Source: Octopus sinensis (lineage: Eukaryota). Taken from it: 64,000 nucleotides of DNA. Made by a program: the position numbers and the translations under genes. The DNA is taken from assembly GCF_006345805.1 (NCBI RefSeq), contig NC_043000.1, forward strand, positions 15,500,001 to 15,564,000, given 5' to 3'. The notes below the pieces were generated by a model. It saw nothing but the letters and a program-made list of their open reading frames with translations. It ran no database searches and was not told the DNA's origin. Shown here piece after piece: positions 35,316-48,254 of the stretch (positions are counted from its first letter, which is position 1; every line of letters starts with the position of its first letter).

Positions 35316-35870
35316 GCAGAGTCAATACCAAAGAAACTGAAAAAATTGAGAAATATTAAGATCTATCCTGAAAGTTGATGTGGAGGCACATGGCTTAGTG
35401 GTTAGGGTGTTAGCATCATGATAGTAGGATTGTGGTTGCGATTTCTGGACTGGGCAATGCGTTGTGTTCTTGAGCAAAACACTTTATGTCACGTTGCTCC
35501 AGTCCACTCAGCTGGCAAAAATGAGTAACGCTGTACTGGCGTCCTGTCCAGCTGGGGAACACATACACCATTGAATCCAGGAAACCGGGCCCATGAGCCT
35601 GGCTAGGCTTTAAAAGGGCGCATTCATTTTTAATCCTGAAAGTTGAGGAAACTGTGCAAGACCAAGACAACAACTATCCTAGTAGTAATTGGTGCACTTG
35701 GCAAACGCCCAAAATGCTACCTTTCTGCGTACTTTATCATTGCTTTTATTAGAAAGAGATTGAAAGAGGGACTGAAAGAGATTGGAATTGAAACTCGCAT
35801 CATCGCCCTACAGAAAAGTACCATCCTATATTGTTTAGGAATCCTAAGGAAAATTCTTCAGATTTGAGGA
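35316..35870 (+). mobile_element. R4-like RLE fragment interrupted by SINE H2+D (35379-35632) with 14-bp TSD
   Basis: TSD ATCCTGAAAGTTGA at 35365-35378 and 35633-35646; ILVVIGALG..ALQKSTILYCLGILRKILQI*. Confidence 0.85.
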
Positions 35871-36058
35871 GATTTGTCGTCACGAAGCCTCAAGATAAAA
35901 TACCTGCTGACCAAATTAGCATGCACTAGCATAATATGTAAATAAATATTTCTAAGAAAAGACAAACGTATTCTTATACTTGCGGGGTGGTCATATTTAG
36001 CCAATTAAATACATACACTATATATTTGGTCCTCACTTCAGCTTTATTATTATTATTA

Positions 36059-36468
36059 GGATCTTTTCGGTTTGAATGGCAGTTTTTTTCTAGCGGAGTC
36101 ATATGAAATTGTCACCCATAATTATGACCCTAGTATCGATCTATTGCATTTAAATCTGTTTTAGGGTTAGGGTTAGGGATGGGGGGAAGGGTATCATTTT
36201 TTCTTCACAAATGTAAATAAACCCAATCTGTTTCTTAAACGATGGACATATTCATATGGCACAGAATGTTTTCACCTCAATAGACGTCACTGATTGGTTG
36301 AAATTGCAGAAAAAAGACAACAAATATCTTACAAACTATAGAATTTTCTCAATAAAGCCAAGAGAAAAAGATGTTTTAAAAACACATTCTACCAGTGTAC
36401 GAAGTTTAAAAGTGTTTAGTTACGTGGAAATTATTTTTAAAAAACTGCCGTTTAAACAGAAAAGATCC
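36059..36468. mobile_element. MITE with GGATCTTTTC TIRs (Merlin/hAT/MULE-like); related copies at 37787-37932 (deleted) and 39664-39953 (truncated)
   Basis: TIR GGATCTTTTC.GTTTGAA.GGCAGTTTTTT; copy 2 has 8-bp TSD CTACAATA; copy 1 sits in (TTA)n. Confidence 0.8.
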
Positions 36469-36935
36469 TTATTATTATTATTATTATAGTTTCTTTGTCA
36501 AAGTTCTGTCGTCACACATTCTGTGACCTTTTCAACAATTCTCTATACCACGTGTCTTCTGCTGTTCTGCTTATTCCATTTTCATTATGTATTAAAATCC
36601 CATTTCTCTTTTATATCTTGAGATGGGGCTGAATGCTTCTACAAATCTGTGTTATTGGAGCAGGTATTTTATAGTTCCCGAACATTATCAGTGAACTAGA
36701 AAAATGACGTCTGATTTTTCATCTTGATTAATTAAAATAATGACGCTCACGTCAATGAGATTCAAAGTGCATCCGCACAGTTTATTGAAATTGATGAAAG
36801 TACTTACATGCATATGAATGGGGAAAAAATTTAATCATAGGTAATTCTTTTTTAATAGAAAGTATCAGAGACGAAACCATATAATTTACGGATTACTTTA
36901 GAAAGTAATTAATAAATGATTCTTTCATATACATA

Positions 36936-37277
36936 GAGGCAACCTCAACTTATGTCGGTAATTGGTGGCAAGACATACGACTTAATTCAAAAAACGACGT
37001 AGCGCGAAAAAACATTTAAAAAATGTTATTAGCTTATATCCGTTTTAATGATTTGTACATATTTTCACATATATATTATTTGATTTTCCACAACACTATT
37101 GGTTTTTAGGTGTTTTAACTTTTAGGCTTTTAAATATGCTCGCTAAGACCGGCGTAAAGTCGGATAAATAAACTGGAGATGAGGCTTATTTTCCATTAAT
37201 TCCTTTAAAAAAAAAAAAAAACGATGTAAAATTGAAAAAGACGTAATTCGAAGCGACGTAAGTTGAGGTATGCTTGT
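36936..37277. mobile_element. Tigger/pogo-like MITE
   Basis: Ends AGGCAACCTCAACTTATGTCG / CGACGTAAGTTGAGGTATGCTTG resemble the Tigger TIR CAGGCATACCTC. Confidence 0.6.
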
Positions 37278-37329
37278 GTTCTGGTTAACAAAAAAGCAAT
37301 TGCATTTAAGAAATCAACAGATTGGATAA

Positions 37330-37530
37330 TAATCCATTCTATTATAAGCACAAGACCTGAAATTTTGCGGGAAGTGGGCTAATTGAATACATCAACGTCA
37401 GTATTCCACTGGTACTTATTTTATCAACTTCTAAAGGATAGACGGCAAAGTCGACCTCTCAGGCATTTGAGCTCAGAATGTAAAACCGGAAGAAATGCTG
37501 CTAAGCATTTTGTCCGGAGTTTTAACAATT
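37330..37530 (-). mobile_element. SINE B (tail B2), diverged; partial SINE B head also at 39380-39480
   Basis: Match to SINE B. Confidence 0.7.
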
Positions 37531-40169
37531 CTTATACTTCGAGATCGTTATTAATAAAATACAATAGAATAAAATAAAACTGTATTCTATTGAGCACTGT
37601 ATACAATAATTTCAATATATTTATTTAAAATCTTGCTTCAGACAATAAGTTTATAACATTTGCGTCTAAATGTAGAAGGGACGTAACTCTATTTATAATA
37701 TACAACTCCAATTGAGCAGACATATGATTAATAACATTCCAGCCGTAACCATCCCACCTGTTTAAGGGGTATCTAGGACTACAATAGGATCTTTTCACAA
37801 ACCATAGAATTTTCTCAATAAGGCCAAGAGAAAAAGATGTTTTATAAACACATTCTACCAGTATACGAAGTTTAAAAGTGTTTAGTTACAAATAACTATT
37901 TTTTAAATGTGCCGGTCAAAGTGAAAAGATCCCTACAATATCAAATGTATCTATAACCCTTTGCCTGTCCCGTGTATCATGTAACACACAGGACGTATTT
38001 CGTTATCATCCATGGGAATGTGTATCAACTACGATACACGATGTGTCTTATATGATACACATTCCCAAATTTTTTCAACCACCAGAATAACTTGGTGCCT
38101 TGAAAACAAAGAAAGGTGAACTCGGCTAAAGACACCCGAGGCCAGATGGTAGTGTCAAACCGAATGTCAAACTAATTTTACTACCCATCTACTACATACT
38201 AACAATGATAAGTACATATCTATTACTGACTCCAGTGTTAAGGCGGAGGGATTTGAAGTAAGTATGTAAATGACGAAACTAAATACTATATTTTACAATA
38301 GAAACTCAAAACCATCAAATCCCTGACACTGCACAATTTTATAAAATCAAGTCACCACTTCATATACTTTTATATGACATTGTGTAACGAACGGAAAATT
38401 TATACCACTGTCTTAGGCTAACTATATATTTTTTCCGTGGCAGATAAAAATAACCATCAGTCAAGTTACTCGGGTCGATTAAATCGACTAAAACCCATTC
38501 TCCGAATTTGTTTCGTTTTATAATGTATATCAGTTAATCTGATCAAAGAGGCGTAACTCTATGTTATTTTATTGTCAAAATTTGTCCATTTTCAACCAAA
38601 CTCCGAAAATGCATATAAACTGCAAGATTATGTTTTCTATCATAATTTCCTTCACATTTACGATGCTTTTAAAGATTGTTAAATCGAACTTAGTACTTCA
38701 AAGCAAAGTTGTGATTTGAACTCAATACGTAAAGAGCTGTGACGAAATCAGGATGGCTAGATTGAGCTAAAAATAAAAGACTGCGCTATTTTTCAGGACC
38801 ACATCCTATTGGGAGTGGTTTCTAAGTATTTTAGAATTTAAAATTTTAAAGGCAGGAATTCTATTGATGATTATCATGCCAAACTTTAGCGTGAGGTTTT
38901 AAACCATTAATTTTTCGTTGACGGGTCACATGCATAATAAGTAGGCTGTGTGCGAAGTCATGAGTGATCGCAATATTTGAGTTTTCATTTATTTTGTTCA
39001 CCCACGTCGTTTATAACTACATGCGTACTGCAATTAATTAAATGGAACAAGTTCACATAACAAAGAACATAATAGTTAGGAATCTTCTGTATTACAATAT
39101 GCTTGATAGTATTATGAAAGTAGTGAATAACTACTGAAGACGAGATAAGTAGGAGTTACAACTACTACAAATAAAGTAATGTGATCGTGATTCGGCTCTA
39201 CAATTCAAGGTTTGCACCTTTTGTCGAACAAAACACAATCATGTCAAGTAAGAAAAGCAAATGAGGACGAGAGAGCAGCTCACTGGGCAAAGCGATCTAG
39301 TTTCATTTGGACGGCTGTGTGGCTCTAAGTCTGAGGTTGAATTCGCTAACTTTTTAAAATCGTAAGCAGAAATGTTCCAGAGCTTTCGATCAAGATATCG
39401 AACTCAGAATTTAAAGACAGACGAAAAGCCGTTAAGCATTTTTCCCGGCGTGCTAACGATTATGTCAGCTCGCCGCCCTAATTTAATATTATATTGAAGA
39501 ATCGCTCAATACTTTTTAAGAGAGTACATATTTGTTTATTTTTTTCAAGATCGGGTTGACAGTGACTTCGATGTTCTTAATAGAAGGAAATTTCGGCATC
39601 TATGGATAGAAAAGTGACTCTTTGGAAAAAATTACTTCATAATAGGAAATTGTTGGGGAATTTGGGGATCTTTTCGGATTGAACGGCAGTTTTTTTCTAG
39701 TGGTATCATATGAAATTGTCACCCATAATTATGACCCTAGAATCGATCTACTGCACTTCTATCTGTTTTAGGGATAGGGGGAAGGGTATCTTTTTTTCTT
39801 CACAAATGTAAATAAAACCAATCTGTTTCTTAAACGAGGGACATATTCATACGACACAGAATGTTTTCACCTCAATAGATGTCATTGATTGGTTGAAATT
39901 GAAGAAAAAAAACAACAAATATCTTACAAACTATAGAATTTTCTCAATAAAGCCTTGAACATTATTGTAAATTTCTTAAACCCTCGTGTGGTGTCCAATG
40001 GATTTAACACTGCCCAGCCGTTCAAGGAGTCATGATTTTATAATAACTCATATAATTTAACTTTATGAAATAGAAAGGAAAAGATTAATAGAAATATAAA
40101 GTAAATATAAAGTAAAATTTTGATTAAGGGTCCTCTGAGACGTGGAATGATTTTTAAGAGTTCCATATC

Positions 40170-40540
40170 CTTTTAGTTGTTTCAGCTATTTGACTGTGGC
40201 CATGCTAGAGCACCGCCTTTAGTTGAACAAATCAACCCCAGGACTTATTTGTAAGCCTAGTACTTATTCTCTCAGTCTCTTTTGCCAAACCACTAAGATA
40301 CAAGGACGTAAACACACCAACATTGGTTGTCAAGTGATGGTGGGGGGACAAACGCACACACATATATACACACGATAGGCTTCCTTCAGTTTCCGTCTAC
40401 CAAATCCCCTCACAAGGCTTTGGTCGGCCCAAGCTTACAGTAGAAGACATTTGCCCTAGGTGCCATGCAGTGGGACTGAACCTGGAACCATGTGATTGAG
40501 AAGCAAGCTTCTTACCACACAACCGTGCCTGTGCCCATGA
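40170..40540 (-). mobile_element. SINE A
   Basis: Reverse-complement match. Confidence 0.85.
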
Positions 40541-40759
40541 GTAAAAAGGTTGAGGTGTGCTTTTTGAGAGGTTTATGCTCATACAAGTTGCACACTGCAT
40601 AAAATCTTAGATACCAATGATAGTAGGAAAGATCTGGAGCAAAGACTCATTATTGTGATGGGTTAAGATCCAACAGTCCATAGTTTTTCCATATCTTGTC
40701 GTCCACCCCTGCAATGCAGAAATCTACGAGTTGTAGATATTCAAAATATACTTTTATCT

Positions 40760-41200
40760 GTGATACCATATGGCCACCACATCATAGAATTACCATGGAC
40801 GATGGCGAGAGTAAGGCGTTGGAACAGCCAAGCACCCTCATGGGCATCACTTGGTACCTTGGTAAGGTGAGCCACCAACGATGGCAAAAACTTCACTGTT
40901 AGTGACCCAGGCTGGAAGAAATAGTTCTCTGATAAGTCTCAATACTTAAGGATTTTGTTCCATTCAGCTACGGAAACAATGACCCTCCCATTTATTGCGA
41001 CATCCAGGATGTGGGAGGGAGCAAAAGAGTCACAGACCGTGACATCCCAGATGCGGCACCTATCTCTTACCCAAGAACAATGGGTAAGACCATCTGGTCT
41101 CTTCTCATTACTTCTGGATAATTCCGCCAGCTCCAGAACTGAGGGAATATTAACCAACCTGAGCCAGCCCCCTCCCCCTTAATGATTAAGTTTTAGCAAG
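40760..41200 (-). mobile_element. CRE-clade non-LTR retrotransposon RLE fragment
   Basis: IPSVLELAELSRSNEKRPDGLTHCSW..IWDVTVCDSFA..AE..K..KY, followed by GAWLFQRLTLAIVHGN. Confidence 0.8.
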
Positions 41201-41454
41201 CAAAACGACCAGCATTTAGGCGGCAAGACAAACCATGGAGGTCTGTGGAGTTGAGGGACCTACACTGACGTCAGATGCAATGGAGATGAAGCAAAAGTAA
41301 GCTCAGGTGAAGTGATACGCATACATATATCCATACAACCTTTTCCAACTCTATCACCAAACAGAAGAAACTATAACTGTATTGAATTTATAATACGATA
41401 TTAAATATTGAAATAACTTTGTGGTTAAAATATTAACGATTCAGTACAAATCAT

Positions 41455-41680
41455 CATCATCGTTTAACGTCCGTTTTCCATGCTAGCATGGGTTGGACGG
41501 TTCAACTGGGGTCTGGGGAGCCCAAAGGCTGCACCAGGCCAGTCAGATCTGGCAGTGTTTCTACAGCTGGATGCCCTTCCTAACGCCAACCACTCCGAGA
41601 GTGTAGTGGGTGATTTTATGTGCCACCGACATAGGTGCCAGACGAGGCTGGCGAACGGCCACGCTCGGATGGTGTTTTTA
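41455..41680 (-). mobile_element. Orphan RTE 3' UTR copy; second shorter copy at 42178-42326
   Basis: Reverse-complement match with (CAT)n. Confidence 0.88.
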
Positions 41681-42379
41681 TGTTAAATGTAAAACAATCA
41701 ATGAGGAAATGAAAGTTTTTTTTCTATAATAATATTTATAGTTTATACATTGGGGGACAGTTTCACCACGTGAAAACATCCACACTTGTGACAATGGTGG
41801 TGGTGGTGGCGGAGACGTTTACAACTCTGAACAAATTAATGGTTGTAATAGTAATGGTTTCAGTATTTGAGTAATGACATACAGCAGTGTTGTCTGTATT
41901 TGCATAGTGATAATGGTGATGGTGTTTGTTTTGAGATATTGCTGATGACGTTGAGGCTAGTTTTGTGTACGTCTACTAATTGATAGTGGTGGTACTTGGA
42001 ACAATAAGGAAGTGTTGATAATGATATACTCATATTTTCTGTACCAGTTTATTTGGTTAACGGGGAATATTGATTCTCTTGGGTGGATACATAGTTCTAA
42101 CAGGAGATTAATTTCCTAGAAAGACTTTAGGGAAATTGCAATTTAAATTTATTTACTTGTGGACAAAACAGAGAACATCATCATCATCATCATCATCGTT
42201 TAACGTCTGCTTTCCATGCTAGCATGGGTTGGACAGTTCAACTGGGGTCTGGGGAGCCCGAAGGCTGCACCAGGCCAGTCAGATCTGGCAGTGTTTCTAC
42301 AGCTGGATGCCCTTCCTAACGCCAATTGAAAAAATTAAAAGAAAAACGAAACAATTCACCACCTTTGTTTGAAAAGTTG

Positions 42380-43075
42380 GGGGCACTGGGAAACCTCTCT
42401 AATGGCTATTGAGGCATGCCAGCATGCTTGCAACGTTGCCGCAGGTGATGCAGAGGCTGATGTGTTGGAACAGCCAAGCACTCTCACGAACCTCACCAGT
42501 TACAGCTGCAAGGGGATTTGCCAGTGAAGACAGGAATCTCGCAGTTAGTGGTCTGACCCTACTAAACGCCACAGGATGGAAAATGTTGTTGACTGATAGA
42601 TCGCGTTATTTTAGGATTTTGTTCTGCTCAGCCACAGAAGCTGTGGATCTTGCCCTGACTGCAGCATCCAGGATGTGAGAAGAAGCAAAGGAGTTGCTAA
42701 CTGTGACATCCCAGACAAGGCGTCTACTTTACAACCAGGGGCATGTGGTGAAGCCGTTAGGTCTTTTCCCATCACATCTGGACAATCCAGATGGTTTCAA
42801 GATAGAGGGGATGTTTGCTTGGGCCAAGCTCCTCCTGAGTATCAGGTTCAACTCTGTATGATGCATGAAGCAATCAGCATTCAGGCAGCAGGAAAGACCT
42901 TGGAGGCCTGTGAAGCCGAGGAGCCTGCCACAACGACAGATCAAACCTGTGCAATGTCAGCTCCCACTCTGAGGGCAATGGAGACACGAAGTTCCTCCAA
43001 GCTGTTGCTTCTTCTTCAAAAGATTTATCTCTTACCCATTCAATGCTTCATAGTCTGGAGGTGAGTACTTCTTTT
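42380..43075 (-). mobile_element. CRE-clade RLE fragment (second, different copy)
   Basis: C..G.GLQGLSC..HHTELN.IL.R.L..ANIPSILKPSGL.R.DGKRPNG..PW..VWDVT, followed by TGEVRESAWLFQHISL..GNVAS. Confidence 0.85.
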
Positions 43076-43663
43076 CAGGTACATTCAATCTAGAGGAGGT
43101 TATCCAATATATACATTCATTTTTAAGTAAATAGAATAAAGCCTGAAAGAGATTTGTTTGCTATTTCTAGCTGCTTGAACTACCTCATATAGGTGTCCTC
43201 AGTCATTCTATTTACATACATTTTTAGATGTTGGTATCAGTTGAATATTTTGTATACTTGATAGCATATATATACATACACACTGATGTCTCAACAAGTT
43301 TGTAGCATTGGATCAATTGGAAAGGATCTAACACTAAGGCTAGGTTATTTCATAATAACTCAATATTTTAAATGCAAATAACTCAGACTGGAACAAGCAC
43401 GTAAATTAAAGAAAGAGTTAAATGAATAACCAAGGTTACGTGTTCCATCATTATCTGAAACACCCTAAATAATGAAATGAAAAATTGCCTTTAAAACCAG
43501 GAAATAGCACCAATTGATTGATTTAAACGTTTTGTTTTGGATTTTTTGTTTGAAAAAGCTGTGTGCTCTAAACCTTGTAGAGCCACTTAAGACTGATCAG
43601 GTTGATGTGAGTAGTATGCAGCTCAAATTTCTGTCAGTTGATGTTTGTAGTGGGGAATAATAT

Positions 43664-44079
43664 TCTTTTCTTCTCTAGGCACAAGGCCTGAAATTTTTGG
43701 GGGGGAGTTCAGTTGATTAGATCGACCCCAGATGACCTGGTACTTAATTTATCGACTCCAAAAGGATGATAGGCAAAGATGACCTCAGTGGAATTTGAAC
43801 TCAGAACATAAAGACAGACAAAATACTGCTAAGCATTTCGCCTGGTGTGCTAATGTTTCTTATTTCTTTACTGCCTACAAGGGGCTACACACACAGGGGA
43901 CAAACGGATTAAGTCGATTATATTGACCCCAGTGCATAACTGGTACTTATTTAATTGACCCTGAAATGATGAAAGGCAAAGTCAACCTCAGCTGAATTTG
44001 AACTCAGAACGTAGCAGCAGATGAAGTACCCCTAAGCATTTCGCCTGGCGTGCTAACATTTCTGCCAGCTCACCACCTT
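43664..44079 (-). mobile_element. SINE B dimer (B1-tailed unit inside B2-tailed unit) within one 16-bp TSD
   Basis: TSD TAGTGGGGAATAATAT at 43648-43663 and 44080-44095; junction at about 43861. Confidence 0.85.
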
Positions 44080-44667
44080 TAGTGGGGAATAATATCACAA
44101 GTGGTCTATGAGCTTTTATGATTCATACTCTCTCTATAGATAGGGTATGACTCATAGTAGCTGATAGGAAATGATGAAGCCCAAGATTTGTAAAGAGTCT
44201 GAATGCTTCAAATGTTCATTACAAGTGAAACAAAAATGTAGTGTTAATGTGTGTAATGTTTTGAAGTTGTTGGATTAGACTAGGTTGTCTCATAGAAATT
44301 AATTATATTTGCTAAAGTAATGTATGTCTGATGGGGAATGGTGATCAGAAAATGAAAGAGCCTATTATTTCCAGAGGATTGTAAAATTAGATATAACATG
44401 TAGCAGGTCACTGATGTATAAAAAACAACTAAACCCTGACTTGAAACAATTCAAATATATATATATACATATATAAATGTATGTATAAGAGAGAGAGAGA
44501 GAGACCCACCAAGGAATACTGAGATGAATGTAAAGTTCTTGACCCAATAATGTTTTTTTTATTTGTTGTTTCTTCTTCAAGTAGCTGCAACCAAGATGTA
44601 TTTCATCATACTCTTCAGAAATCCCCATTTCTCATTAGGTTTGATAGGCCCACAATTTCATGTGTCT

Positions 44668-45077
44668 CTCTTTTACTCTTTTACTTGTTTCAGTCATTTG
44701 ACTGCGGCCATGCTGGAGCACCGCCTTTAGTCGAGCAAATCGACCCCGGGACTTATTCTTTGTAAGCCCAGTACTTATTCTATCGGTCCCTTTTGCTGAA
44801 CCGCTAAGTGACGGGGACGTAAACACACCAGCATCGGTTGTCAAGCAATGCTAGGGGGACAAACACAGACACACAAATATATACACACACACTTATATAT
44901 ATATACATATATACGACAGGCTTCTTTCAGTTTCCGTCTACCAAATCCACTCACAAGGCATTGGTCGGCCCGGGGCTATAGCAGAAGACACTTGCCCAAG
45001 ATGCCACGCAGTGGGACTGAACCCGGAACCATGTGGTTGGTTAGCAAGCTACTTACCACACAGCCACTCCTGCGCCT
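44668..45077 (-). mobile_element. Full-length SINE A
   Basis: Near-consensus copy. Confidence 0.92.
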
Positions 45078-45422
45078 GTCTGTCGATAATATCATTGGAG
45101 ATGAGTGGTCTTTGTCCACTGTTAGAGTGTGGAAGTCTTCAAAATATAACATCTGAAATAGCCTAGTGTTCAGTACAATAGCAATGGCCAGCAAAGCCTA
45201 TCCTATGTTATGTAACATGAGCAGAGATAGGTGGAATATGTCTACAAATCACCTCTTTGGCCTTGTGCTCATACTCTGAGATATTCTAAGCCTGCATGAG
45301 AAGCCTAATGTACATTCCACCAAGACAGTCTTGAAGGTTCTTTCTACACAAGATTCCAGTTCCACAGGGAAGAATGCAGAGACGGTGACCAGCCTTGTTG
45401 ACTTTGTAATACTTAATAGTAA

Positions 45423-45719
45423 TCTTTATATATAAAAGTAAGGTTGTGTGTCTGTCTCCTACGATTTAGATTCCTAACTACTCCCACATTTTGCGGTGCA
45501 GTTTAATCAAAACCGGGTATCTTATAGTCGTGATTCATATTGAGCCTTTCTGGGTATTAGCGCGCGTCTACGATGAGTCTACGATTTAAAAAAAAAATTA
45601 CCATAATTTTTTTTCCATTTTTAATGCATTTTTTTGCTATTTTTTGGCTATAACTCTCTAAAAATGCTTATATAGTTATTTTCCTTACAAACCTGAGCAA
45701 CGCCGGGTGATACTGCTAG
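45423..45719 (+). mobile_element. Non-autonomous Helitron
   Basis: A|TC start; subterminal hairpin CCTGAGCAACGCCGGG; CTAG|T end; no TSD. Confidence 0.88.
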
Positions 45720-45734
45720 TTACTTATAAAGCGG

Positions 45735-45935
45735 CAAACTGGCAGAAACGTAAGCATGCTGAGCAAAATGCTTAGTGGTATTTTGTCTGTCTTTACGTTC
45801 TGAGTTCAACTTTGCTTGTCATCCTTTTGGTCAACCCGACTCTATAGTAGAAGACACTTGCCCAAGGTACTATGCAGTGGGACTGGACCCAGAACTATGT
45901 GATTGGGAGGCAAACTTTTTACCACAAAGCTACAC
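45735..45935. mobile_element. SINE B head (+) fused to SINE A head (-)
   Basis: Partial matches joined at about 45835. Confidence 0.65.
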
Positions 45936-45980
45936 CTACTCTTAATAAGTAAAAACATACATAAACTTTTAATGCATTTT

Positions 45981-46354
45981 GGAAGCACTCCGTCGGTTAC
46001 GACGACGAGGGTTCCGCTTGATCCGAATCAACGGAACAGCCTGCTCGTGAAATTAACGTGTAAGTGGCTGAGCACTCCACAGACACGTGCACCCTTAACG
46101 TAGTTCTCGGGGATATTCAGTGTGACACAGAGAGTGACAAGGCCGGCCCTTTGAAATACAGGTACAACAGAAACAGGAAGTAAGAGTGAGAGAAAGTTGT
46201 GGTGAAAGAGTACAGCAGGGATCACCACCATCCCCTGCCGGAGCTTTAGGTGTTTTCGCTCAATAAACAATCACAATGCCCGGTCTGGGAATCGAAACCG
46301 CGATCCTATGACCGCGAGTCCGCTGCCCTAACCACTGGGCCATTGCACCTCCAC
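45981..46354 (-). mobile_element. tRNA SINE (head H1 + tail E) with 11-bp TSD
   Basis: TSD TAATGCATTTT at 45970-45980 and 46355-46365. Confidence 0.92.
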
Positions 46355-46836
46355 TAATGCATTTTATCTCAGTCATGGGAAACTTCTGCCAGTTCCTTAT
46401 ACAAAGGATGTTTGCACATGACTTCTGTACACCCTTTGTCTGACTATTGTGCACATGCAAATTGACATAACCATACATAGCTGCAGTACATATGCACAGC
46501 TGTTACAGTATGTAGACAATTGCAGTGCTTAAGTATTCACATGACTGTTTGTCGATAAGTCCTTCAAATATACTTTATGCAACTATGATATTCAAGTGTA
46601 AAGGATCACTTGCGAATTGAGATTGTTTTTTGTTTAATCCTAAGTTAGCAAAGCTATAAGTAAGGGTATTCCATCTGTGACCATCCTCTCTTTTTAATTT
46701 ATCACAGACTATTGTGATTTGAGAGAGAATTGGCTGCTACTTCAAACAAGTCTAGCTATCCTACTGAGTTTAGTTACCTGGTAACATGTGGATTTTCAGA
46801 ATAAGAGATTAGTGTACAGACTGCAATTAAATGCAG

Positions 46837-46868
<32 letters not shown>

Positions 46869-47607
46869 CCTCAACCACAACAGTGAAATATTAGGCTCCA
46901 GTAAATCTAACAATTTCTCTGTTTTGAAGTTAAACATACTAAATTTCTATGGCAAAAAGCTTCTATTGTCCAAATTCCTGAACCAGCAATGTATTTTAGG
47001 AAAACTAAAAATACTTTTATTTTTGCAATTCAACATGGTTTGTCCAAATTAAGCCATGCTTACATTATTTACTTATTCCTGTATAAATTTAATACTAAGT
47101 TTGCAATTTTCTTATTTTGTGTAGCAGCTGTCTAGGCTTCTGTTCTTCACATGTTGCAGATTCTCAAAGTATCAACTTCCACCTTGAATACATTATATTG
47201 CAATATTGCACATTAAAATAAAGCTTCAGGTTGGCAGTAAAATGGATAGCCACAATACTTCAGACTTACCCTAAAGTATATGTATAAATAAAAGGATCAC
47301 AGCAGCTGTGAAATTTTCAGCTGATTTTAGTGGAGACTTACTATCACATTACTGAACACACACCATATTTTCCATGCACTTTAAAACATAATTTATCAAA
47401 TTATAGAGGCATGGGAAATGAAGAGAAAATAATATAAGAGCAAAGAACGAAGTGAGGGAAAGAGAGGAGAGGTATGATATATATATATTAGGTCATTAGA
47501 ACAAGTGAAAATTGTTTAGATCTAGTGTATCTGGAGCCAGTCATAAAGGCAGACACCACCCATATTTTTAAGATTAGCTACAAGAGGATTTGCTGTACAA
47601 TAAAATG

Positions 47608-48085
47608 AAACCACATGGTTCCGGGTTCAGTCCAATTGTGTGGCACCTTGGGCAAGTGTCTTCTACTATAGCCTCGGGCTGACCAAAGCCTTGTGAGTGG
47701 ATTTGGTAGACGGAAAACTGAAAGAAGCCCGTCGTATATATGTATATATATATATATATATGCGTGTGTGTGTTTGTCCCCCTAGCATTGCTTGACAACC
47801 GATGCTGGTGTGTTTATGCCCCCGTTACTTAGCGGTTCGGCAAAAGAGAGCGATAGAATAAGTACTGGGCTTACAAAAGAATAAGTCCCAGGGTCAAGTT
47901 GCTCGATTAAAGGCGGTGCTCCAGCATGGCCGCAGTCAAAATGACTGAAACAAGGAAAAGAGAAAGAGAAAAGAGAAATAATAGGTGTTAAACAAAATGT
48001 AGTAAACGAATATGGGGAAAATATGCGAGCTGGTAAACGGGGGACGGGGGAGAGGACTGAAACAAGTAAAAGAGAAAAGAAAGAG
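47608..48085 (+). mobile_element. SINE A carrying about 80 bp of foreign 3' flank and a second tail
   Basis: 47978-48058 is the reverse complement of about 60759-60842. Confidence 0.85.
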
Positions 48086-48254
48086 ATCACTTTTGCAGTA
48101 CCCATGCTGTTGTACAATAATGAAATGTACATATAATTACCTATACAAAACTTGATTGACAGGATCACTGAGTATTCAGTTTCTTTGCTTAATACACATC
48201 ACAATAATGATAAAACAATTTTTTAACCTATTACGAACGAATAGTGCTTTTTAC

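Noticed and set aside
36059-36468. PIF/Harbinger assignment from TTA flanks
   Set aside because: Flanks are a TTA microsatellite (ambiguous), and the sister copy shows an 8-bp TSD.
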